NCBI GenBank assembly: GCA_013265495.1
Contig: MU060486.1
Coordinates: 124,001-188,000 of the forward strand
DNA length: 64,000 nt
Direction: 5' to 3'
Source: Vicugna vicugna
Lineage: Eukaryota
Below are positions 9,969-20,300 of the stretch, one piece after another. Below the pieces are notes generated by a model. It did no database searches, was not told the origin of the DNA, and worked only from the letters and a program-made list of their open reading frames with translations. The translations under genes and the position numbers were made by a program. Within the stretch, counting starts at the first letter, position 1; every line of letters begins with the position of its first letter.

Positions 9969-11920
9969 GAGCCTCCTTCTCAGACCCGGTCCTGGCCACC
10001 TCCTCTCCCCACAGCTGGTGGTCCCTCCGGGGCAAACTCCTAAGGAATCACCATCACCCTCCTTCCTACTCTGGGGCCTTCAGAGAGACCAGCTGATGGC
10101 AGGACAAAGGACGGAGACCCTAAAGCACAGAAACCCCAGACCCGTTGTTCTCTTCCATCCCGCCGGGGCAAGGCCTGCTGGAGCAGACGCCGTGGGCCCT
10201 GAGCCCAGGAGCGATGCTGGGCTGGGAGGGAGGTGAAGGACCTGGCGGTCCAGCAGAGTACCCCCCACACACACCCCCGATCCCTGCTCCCGGCCCCACG
10301 CACGACCACACGGGACAGACTGGCCAGGCACTTCTGAAGACGGAGGGCGGCCCCTGGCCCGGCATCAGTTGGAGCTGCTCAGAGGAGACACAGCCGTCTG
10401 GCCTTCCTCAGCTCCTGTTTCCAGAGCATAAGGCAGCCAGCCCTGGGTGAGGGGAGCCAGGCTGCCAACGGGCTCCCCCTTCCCGTACCTCGTGGTGGGA
10501 GTAGACCCCCTTCCCCAACCCTTGTCCCTCAAGCCTGCTCCTTCCAGCACAGGGAAGGAGGTGGGACCCTGAGCCGGCACAGGTCGTGGGCTGACCTGGA
10601 TGAAGACCACATGGGCCCCAGGCCCCTCGCCTAGGCTGGGCCTGGGGAGGTGGGAGCCCTCCCCGCCCCCAGAGCCCTCAGAACTTCAGGCCACAGGGGC
10701 TCGAGGGGGCCCGGGTGTGAGGGAAAGAGGAGGGCCCGGGCAGCCCCACGACTCTCCTGAGGGACTTTGGATTCGGGAGGAGTTCCTGGAAGGGGCGGAG
10801 ACGATCTGAACACCGAGGGCAGGAGGCCGGAGTGCACACCACTTTGGAAATCATGCAATTTACACACAAAGTGGGAGAGGAAACCTCACTTCTCCCTCAA
10901 CGGTGGGGGGGGTCACACAGAGCAAGCTGGCCTCACATCCAGCTCCCCCTCCCCCTCCAAGAAGGAACAGTGCGTGCGGCGTGCGGCCCTCGGCCCAGGT
11001 GATGAGGCCCCTGTTTCCCTGCTCTGGGCCCCGGGCCGTGCACAGCTTCCCAATGGGCCGGCCGGCCGGCCTCCGCCGGTCTCTCACTCACGCTCCTGAC
11101 GGTTGGAAGCACAATTTCCCTCCCAGTGGAGGAAGAGGAAGGGCCTGAGCCTGCTGAGGGGGTGTTCACTTTTAACTGCTAACAGCCCCCACTCCTCTGA
11201 AACTCACAGGACGGGTCTGAGGACCCCTGAGAACCACCCCTGTGTGTGCGTGGGTGCACAGGCGTGTGGGACTCAGTCCAGGACCTAACAGTCACACAGC
11301 AGCACTGGCTGACTATTTGAAGTGGGTTTAACTCCGCCGCCCCCGACCCCCGTAGTCATGAGACCGTTCGACGGGCTCACCTCCCTGAGAGCCCTGAGCC
11401 ACCAGGTGGGAGCACCTGGGGACCAGGCGGGTGGCGGGAGAGGTGGGGAGGGCGTGGGCACGGGCCTCGGTCTGTGAGTGAGTTGACTCTGGGCACCTGG
11501 CTGCCTCGCTTCCAGGACCAGCCCGCGTACAGGGCAGCTTGGCTGGACTGGGGCCACCTTATTGGCCAAAACCCAGGGCTCGTTTTCAGGAGGTTGGCAG
11601 TGAACAGCAAGCGGGGCTAGTCTCTCCCTCTCTCTCCCTCTCTGATGCCAGTCCGGCTGTTTGCACCTAACACCCTCTCTTAGCCGCATGTGTGTTTATT
11701 TATACTTATACCCAGGTGGACTGCAGTGTTCATCTTTGCTGGGAACGACTTCGTTGTGAATCAGAATTGGGCCCATGAGTACAGTGTGTTTCCAAACCCT
11801 CAGGCCGGGGGTCCTGAGGACAGAGATGGGGGGCGTGAAGCCCACGCAGCTGCCACCATCTGATGTTTTAGTTCCACTGTATTTAATTTGTTTCAAAATT
11901 AAAAGTCAAATATGGTTTTT
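9969..11920 (+). other. B3GAT1: B3GAT1 terminal non-coding (3' UTR) exon
   Basis: Pyrimidine-rich acceptor cctccctccccttcacag|GAGCC at 9968/9969; U-rich distal block and ATTAAA near 11900; 3' end approximate. Confidence 0.7.
11898..11903 (+). terminator. Probable B3GAT1 polyadenylation signal ATTAAA
   Basis: ATTAAA inside an AT-rich block at the end of a GC-rich UTR, followed by ggttttt. Confidence 0.65.
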
Positions 11921-13499
11921 AACAGTCCTAGCCCTCGTCAGCCCTGCCTTATTTTCCCTCCTTCATGTAACCATCCAGCTGCGCTGGCCCACGGGCCTCT
12001 TTCAGGAGCCAGGACAGAGCAGTGGAAACCAAGGCACTGCCTTCTCGTGGGAGGAGATAGAGGGACAAACCTAGGGCGCTTCAGCCACAATCTGTTCAAG
12101 GAGACAGTGGGGGCGGAGGAAAGGTCGTGCAGCTGGGAGGCGCCGGCCCCTGCGCAGGCCAGCCAGGTGACCTCTCAGCAGACACGCGGGGCCCAGCGTC
12201 ATAGCAGCCCAAGAAGGAGGACCTCCTGCCGGTGGGAGAGTTCAGCAAACAGGCCGCTGTGGGGCGGCCGCCTGGGAGAGGAGGGGGTGGCCGGACCCTG
12301 GAGCAGGGGCACCGCACGCACCAGCCCCGTAAGAGAGGGTTTGGAGCAGAGATGGACTCAGCCTAACCAGCCTTTTGGAAGAGTCACTTGCTTCCACTGA
12401 TGACCCAGGCCCGGGACGGTGGAGTTGGATGAGGGGACAGAACAGAGGAGAGGGCAGCGGTCGGACTCTGGACGCATTCAGAGGCTTTGCTGATGGACTA
12501 GACGTGGGTATGAAGAGCCAAGAGTGACCTGAGACCCAGCCTAGCGGCTGCGTGTGCTGACCAGGGCTGCAGCTGGGGACGGCTGGCGTGCCCGGAGCTC
12601 AGACCACGGCCCACGTTGGAGAGAACTGGGGTGAAGGCTGGTTACCAGCCCCAAGGGTGAGGCCTCCGGCACGAGTGTAGACCGAGGGAAGAGGGGGCCG
12701 GGGAGGGGCTGAGACCTCCAGCACTTAGAGGGTGGGCTGACGAGTCTTCAAAGGAGATGGGAGTGAGGCCACTCGTTGGCAGCAAACCCGGAACGAAGCC
12801 TGGAGGGTGCTCCCTGCCGAGGGGCTTGGACAAAGAAGCTGGGGTCATCTGACAGGTAAGGTCGAGGACAGCAGGCTGGCCCAGGAGGTCCTTGCCCAGC
12901 AAAGAGTCGTGCGTGTGCAAGCTGGTGTGTGTGGCAGAGTAACTGGGGATAAATCTTACAGAGGGGGTCCCTGCAGGAGTCCTTTACACACAGCGCCCTG
13001 CCACACTCCCCGGCACTGGTCCTGCCCACGGAGTCCAGTCTCTGTCTCATTGCCATGATTCCCATTCCAGCAGTTCTGGGAGAGCTGGTGAGTCTGGATA
13101 GGACGGCTCAGCTCCAGGGCCCAGCGGCTGCACACAATTGCCCCAGGGCAGACCCCTCCTTAGCTAAGCACGCAATGCCAATGCTGGGGTGCTGGGAGCC
13201 TCACACCTGCTCTTCCCTGCCCATCCCCACCCCTAGGAGGCCTTTCTCTTCCACCTGGACTCCTATCGAAGATCGTAAGTTTGTGCAGGAGACTCCAGAC
13301 GTGGTTTGGGAAACAAATTCCCCACCGTGGTTCACATGCAGCTCTGCTGCTGGCAGCCACACCCTGCCCACCACACAGAGCCAGCAGAGTCTGCGTCCCC
13401 ACTCCCCAGCCCAGCCCCACACCACCCTCACTTCTGGCTCCCAGCACACAGAAGGGATCACAGAACATCACCAAGGGGGATCTGATTCAACTCTGTTAC

Positions 13500-13505
13500 T
13501 TTACT
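13500..13505 (-). terminator. Candidate GLB1L2 polyadenylation signal (variant AGTAAA)
   Basis: Minus strand gcAGTAAAgtaacag about 750 nt past the stop, followed by a GU-rich stretch (ggtgatgttctgtg...tgtgtg); no canonical hexamer seen nearer. Confidence 0.45.
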
Positions 13506-14248
13506 GCAACTCAGGGCAGCGAAGCTGGGCCGGAACACAGTGCCAGATCCCCGCCAAGCCCTGGGAATCTTGACCAACACCTGGGGCCCAGCGCTGGCCC
13601 CTGACACCCCAACACTCCTGCCCACGCCCCCACAGCCACGCCTGGTGCCCCCGTCTTCCTGGACCTTCTGAGAGTGGCGGCCTTTCCTCCTCAGCTGTTA
13701 CTGCTTCTCACAGTGAAACTGGAGCTCCTCGCACTCAGAAAACAAGTGCCCATTTTCCTGACTCTGTCAGCACCATTAGAGTAGAAGTGAAAGGTGGCCT
13801 GCATCCATCCCATGGACTTTCTTGTGACTCGCAGGGAAGGCTCGGGCAGGGTTGTGAAGGAGGAACAGGTCGACTCCAGGGCCCCTCGTCCTCTACAAAT
13901 AGTGCCACGCCCACCAGCTCAGAAACAGGGGCCCCAGGGACAGGGTCGTGGCTGGTCCGGGGGACATTCAGAGCAGCAAACCCTGCAGGAGTTGTGCCTG
14001 CCCATCAAGGGGAGTCGGAAGGAGCCAGCACAGAGCCCAGCCAAGAAGCACTCCAGGGAAGACGGGTCCCTCCTCACCCCCACTCTCCTTCAGTCTGCAG
14101 GGCAAGGGTCTGAACTGCAGCAGAAGCAGAGCGAGCCCTGGCCCTCGAGGCTATGACTGAGGGGCACTCGGGACTCTGGACAGACAGTGAGCGGGGCAGC
14201 ACCGGCGGGGCAGCAGGGAGGGTCTGCAGGTTCCTTGCCAGGAGCTGC

Positions 14249-14335
14249 TCAGTCGACGTACTGGCGCCGGCCCAGGTGGGGCGTTTCTGTGAACTGTATC
14301 ATTGGACCCGCCATCTTCTCCTCGAAGACGATGAC
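14249..14335 (-). CDS. GLB1L2: GLB1L2 exon 19, coding part
   Basis: [28 protein letters not shown]; TGA at 14251-14249. Confidence 0.94.
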   Translation of the reverse strand, partial: VIVFEEKMAGPMIQFTETPHLGRRQYVD

Positions 14336-17300
14336 CTGGGGGAGAGACAGCTGGTAGGTCTTGGAGCCAGACCAGGGCCCTCGGGAAGGGCTGGGGACCA
14401 GCTGGAAGGAGCAGGGATCCACTCAGAAGGGGCTTCTGTCCCCTCCTGCCCGCCGAGTGCCCCCAGGGAAACTGTGCAGGGAGGGGGTTGCTGACAACCG
14501 GTCCCTGGGAAAAGTGCCCCCACCTGGTTGATGCCTTCGGCCAACCAGACACCAGGGAGGTAGAGGGTCTCCTGGGGCCCGACGTTCCAGTAGCGTCCGA
14601 GGTTTTGCCCATTGACGAATACAACCCCTTTCTCCCAGCCCTTTAAGCAGAGTAGCGACGGTGTCAGTCGACCACGAGGACCACCGAACACACACACAGG
14701 AGGCAGAGACACAGACAAAGGCCATTTGCTCTTCTCTCAGCTCCCAGGGACGGTGTTCCCACAGCCATGTGGTTAACAGGCGGGTTCTAGCTCCCGTTCC
14801 GTGAGTGCTGAACCCCCCGGGCAGGGCGCATAGGCTCAGACTGGACATAGGAGCCTGGGCCTGAGAATCCACCAGGTGGTCCTTCTGCTCTGAGCCCACC
14901 CCTCCCACACCAGGGAGGCCAAGCTGGAGACCCTCTGGGTACAGGCAGTGTGGGGCCTCTGGGAGGGAAGCCCACAGAGCCTGGGCAGGGCAGGGCTACA
15001 AACCTCCAGCTTCATGAAGGTGTCATAGGGGGAGAGGGGGACGGACAGGACACCCAGGAAGAAAGCAGGGAACGTGGGCACATCGGGGACGGGGTTCCAC
15101 TTGTCTCCAAGGAAACTATGGACAGGATGGAGGACAAGAGGGTTAGGGTTAGGCTCCCAAGGCCCCCCAGCCCCCATCTGCTGACTGGGGCACAGCACTG
15201 GGCACGGGGGTACCACGGGCACACCCGCCCCAGCTCTGGCACTGCCCCGGCCATTGGGAGGGTGCGGAGCCACTCTGAGCTCTGGAAGTTTCCAGGGCCT
15301 TGGGGCTGAGGCCAGGGCAGCTCCCAGGCTGTGCGGAGTGGGGACCGACCTCTTGAAGAAGCCCTTCTTCATCTCCAGGCTGTAGATTTTGAAACCTCTC
15401 AGGGGAGAATCGTTCAGATAGAGGTCCCCAATTAAACCTGTGGGGAGGAGGCGGGGACACTGAGCAAGGCCAATGGCAGGGGACAGCTGACCACCCAGGC
15501 ACCTGCGAGAAACATTTCTGGAAAGTCTCCTGGCGAGGATTCCCTCTGAAGGGCCAGCTCCCTGAGGGCATTCTCCACGCGACGCAAAGCCTCCCCCAGC
15601 AACCCCGAAGTGGTGAGTGACCCCAGGATGTGCAGGGGGCAGCGCCTGAGGGCAACATTGGCCAGAGCCCCTCTGAGGGGGACGCTCCCTTCCAGGGGCT
15701 GAGAATCCCAACCCCATGAAATGAGGCCAAAGGGGCAGGTGACCAAGAGCTCACAGCGGCTCCAGCCTTGCTTCTAGGTCAGCTTGGTGGGGTCCCAGAC
15801 TCTCTTAAGTGCCAGGACAGGTGTGGAGGGGCACACAGTTCCGGCAGGCAGGACTGCGACTTACAAACTAGGACAGGACTCCACAGTGAGAGGCCAGGGC
15901 ACACCTTGGTCGGGGGCCCAGGGAGGCGAAGATGGGGACCAGGGCCAGGCTATAGTGCCTCCCACCCCAGAAGAACAAGAGAAGTGAAGGTGGGCCTGCA
16001 AAGGGAGCGCCCAGAGGAGATGCCGAGACCCAGAGAGGAACACAGGGATTCCTGGGCAGCCTGGCAGCGCTGAGGCCCTCTGGACGGGCTGGTCCCCAGG
16101 GTCCAAGAGCCCCCGGGGCTGGGCCACATCTCCTCCCTGCGGTGAGGAAGGGCTCTGCAGGTTCCCTCGTCACAAAGACCAACACCTGTGAGCGCTGGAG
16201 GCCACCAGACTTCCTGCCACAGTCTGACTTATTGTCTGAGTTCTGGCTTCATAACTTACATGAAACCACCCATGTTTTGATACGGAAGGGAAAAAAAGGC
16301 AGATGTAAACAGAGACGGTTTAGAAGGCCAGGAAAAATAAGATGAATCGGTGGCATGTTCCTGGAGGAGCATAAGGAGCATTCTGTTCATGTGTCCTCCT
16401 TCCCACACAAAATGGACTACCGACGGGGCTCCAGAGAGAGTGAGAAAAGAAATTCAGCGTGAAGAACCAAGAAGGCAAATGTCTTAGGCCAACTCCCCCA
16501 ACTGGCCTCCGTGACCCCCCAGTGGCCCCCGTGACTCCACCTACAGCTCAGCCTCCGTGTGCTGCCATGGAGAAGGAACAGCCAGCCACGTGTCGTGACT
16601 CACCTTTGCGCTGGTCGTCGATGTTATCCCCATAGTTGACTCGCCCGCAATTCTCCACCAAGATCCTTAGCAAAATGAACCCCTGCCAGGAACGCAGCTG
16701 TCACTGAGGAAAGCCTGACTCCCAGCCGCACGGGTACAACTGCCCCTCGGGGTTTCTCTCTGGAGCCCCAGTTCTCCCTAAGCTCTGAGGACGGGAGGGA
16801 GGGTTCCCGCCGGTCAGAAAGCCACGCTCACCTCCCCATCAGCAGCTCTGTGTCTGAGCCTCCCTGCCTGACGCCCCCACACCTGCCCAGAGCGCAGCTG
16901 GCAAGCACCCGCCACCAGCCCCAGGGCACACCTGGATCAAGGGGATAGTGACTTCCTTCCTCTTGTAGTCCAGGAACCCTACGGAGACGGTGTTCACAAA
17001 CACCTGCCAAGCGAGCAGACAGACCAGGACGCATCCCATTGGCTGGGGCAGGCAGAGGGGTCCCTGCCGGGCAGGCAGAGGGAGCCGTGTGCACCAGCCG
17101 GGGAGGAGGCGGAGGCCGCGACTCCTGCCGCGGGGCCTTCTCCACACCTGCGACGCTCGGGGGAGGGTCAGGCGTGCGGGACGGATGGGCTGCTCCTACC
17201 TGCCCCCGGTCGCGCACGAGACCACTGAGTATGCCAGACGAGGTGATGGTGGTCTCGTACAGCGTGTACCCGAAGGACTGCCCGTTCCCATCGTTTATCG

Positions 17301-20300
17301 GGAGGTTCTCCATGTTGACTGGCTTTTCCGAGCTGACTGGCTGCACGGAGAAGAGACAGACAGGGCCTCGCCTCCTGGGGGTGGCGGGCAGCAGGCACCC
17401 CCCCGACCCAGGGTTAGCTCTCTGGGGGCAGGGGCGGCTGGGCAGCAGGAACACTTCTTCCACTTGACTTCTCATCACACAATCGAGCTCCGTGGTTCTG
17501 CTCCTGACTCCTCGTCCCACTGCCTTCAGGGCTCCCCACGGTCACCAGGGTGGGGGTGGGGGGGAGCAGCACGAAGCCCCGTGCGCGGTGCCTGACGGCT
17601 TTGTATCCACCACCCCTTCTGCACCAGGGCAGCCTGGAGGCGGCTCCAGGGGGGGCACCCTCCGCAGGAGGCTGAAGCCCCATCCCCCCCCCCAGGCTGG
17701 AGGCCAGGTCCCGACTGCGTGACCAGCCCCTCCTCTGCTGCTTTCTGTCCCTCCCGCCTCACGCTCCAGCACAAGTGGGTTCTCTGCTCTGAGTTCTGAA
17801 GGTGGGGAGCAGACCGCGACGTGGCCAGGCAGCTTCTCTTCCTCTGGGGCCACGGGTGGCTCTCACCTCCTCCAGGTAGGGCAGCACGTCCCACAGGGAC
17901 AGGCAGAAAACTGGCTTCACTGCCTCGTACGTCGTCTTGGGAAGAAGGTCCGGTGGGAGAGGCAGAGGGGCCCCTGCGACACAAGCAGACAGAAGGCCGT
18001 CCGAGAGGATCCCCCGGTCACGGCGCCTCCAGCCTCCCTGGGCCTGGCTCCTGCCCACAGCCCAGCACGCCCCTGGCCCAGGCCGCTCTCAGTCGAGCTG
18101 GAACGTCACTGGGAAGGCAAGGCCAGGGGCGGGCAGGGGCCTCCACATGTCCTCGGGGACCTTGACACCTGTGAGAAGGTGGGGCTGGCAGGACCCCAAC
18201 TCTGATGAGAACTGCCCCTCACACATGCCTGTCCTCGTCTGGGATGTTCCCACACACAGACCAGCTGGGGTGCAGGCTGGGGTTGAGGGGAGCAACTCAG
18301 AGCAAAATCTGGGGTCTCAGAGCAGAAGCCAGGCCCAGCAGGGCCTGGGTCCACGCAGGCAGGTACCTGAAACAGAACCGAAGAATTCCCGGAGCTTGAC
18401 GTACTTGGCGGTGTAGTCCCCGGCTTCTGTCAGCACCGCGTCATAGTCTGCAAGACACCCAGCACCGTCATGGCCTTGGACCCCGGGCCCCACGACATGT
18501 CATGCGTGGCAGCAGATGGAAGGGGAGAGGCTGAGCAGACGGCAGGGTCCTCGTCCAGCAATTTGGGCATCGTCAGTCGAGATGCCACACCTACTAAATA
18601 CTACTGAACGCCACCCAGAATGCCAGGCCCTGAATTTCCAGGCAGGGGGCCAGGGTCGCCTCATCTCAAGGCCTGAGGAGGGAGAGGGGCTCCCCCACCT
18701 GAGGGTCTTCCCTCCCCAGCCCGTGCCCCCTCTTCCCCTGGCTGACTTCCAAAGACCCCCCGTCTCCTACGGCTCTGAAAGCTCAGAAGTGATCCGCAGA
18801 CAGAACCTTGGCCATCACACTGATGGGGCCATAAGCCATCCCGAGGGGTTCCTCTCAAAGCCCAGACCCACAAAGCTGGGTGCGCAGGGAAGGCCCGAGC
18901 TGGGGACACTTGCCGTAGCTGGTGACGTCAGACTTGTAGTCCTGGAAGTGCAGCGCCCCATTCATGAAGCCAAAGTTGGTGCCCCCATGGAACATGTAGA
19001 GGTTGATGGAAGAGCCGGCATCCACGATGGCAGACACCGTCTTGAGAACCTCTGGCGGGTGGGTGCAGAGTCAGAGAGAGAGGGAGAGAAAGAGATAGAG
19101 AGACAGAGACGGAGAGAGAGACATAGACAGAGAGAGGGGGAGAGAGAGAGACAGAGAGAGGGAGGGCCATGCGCTGAGGCCTTCCTCCGACCCCCTCACC
19201 GCTCGTCCTAGAGCTGCCACTAAACCCAACCATAGGCTGTGGGGGAAGACGGCAGATCTCGGACCCATGGCCCGGGCTTCCAGGGCTCTTGAATCCCAGG
19301 CAAGTCTGCACTGACCCAAGTCTGCAGCCCGCAGTACGGCGGCGGCGGCCCCTCCTCCTGGCGGGCCTCTCCTGTGACGCCCACTTAGGAGACAGGGAGA
19401 CCAGATTCAGAAAGGGAGACGTGGTTCTGACCCCCGCCCTTCCCTGGTCCCACTGGACTGGAGAGTGAACCCTCAGCGCTCAGTAACAGCAGAGCAATGA
19501 CATAAATGGCTGATAAATACGAACATACATACGGTTTAAAACCTCAGCACTGGTCCAAGACATGAGGGCTGAACGAGGACCTATCAGACCACCAAGCACC
19601 AAAATTACTTTCACACTCAGTGTCGACGCGCCTGCTGGAAATGGGACGGCTAGGCTCTTCTTGGGGCAGGTGAGTAGGCACGGTCAGACGTGCATTAACG
19701 AAGCAGGGCTGTTGTTGGGAAGGTGTTGCAGGAGACAGGCCAGGTGAGCTAACCTGACCACGGGAGGGCCACCCAGGTCCTCATCAACAAGAGACCGGAT
19801 CAGCCCCCCAGGCTCTCTGCGTTCCTTCAAGTGGTGGTGGGAGCCACACCTAACCACGTAGGAAGCTGTGCACCTGTGTCCCTCACGGGCACGTGAGGCT
19901 GCAGGAGCAGGTGCGCCCACCTCTGCCCACACCCGTCTGCAGGCGTGCCCAGGGCTGCGGACGGAGACGGAGGATGCCTGGGCCACACACGTCCCAATGT
20001 CTGCTCTGCGCTCCAGGGCTTCTGCTTCTTCTTGACACATTGTGCTGGCCGGGTGTCTCCAGAGACACGTGTCCTCACCTGCTCACAAAGGCGTCCCAGA
20101 GCCCCGTTCGACCGCTCACTTCACGCGTCAGGACTGGTGACTCTGGACCATCAAGACCTGACTATGCGGCAGAGACTCCCCGGAGCCCGGCAGCTCCTCT
20201 GCATCACGTAGCAGCCAAGCCAGAACTTACTCTCACACTCGCGCTGGACGCGGCCCTGGACACTCACCTGAGGAGTCCAGGATGTTGTGTGGGCCGCCCC

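Noticed and set aside
14836-15717. 293-aa minus-strand ORF
   Set aside because: It is GLB1L2 exons 16 and 17 joined by an intron that happens to stay in frame, not a separate gene
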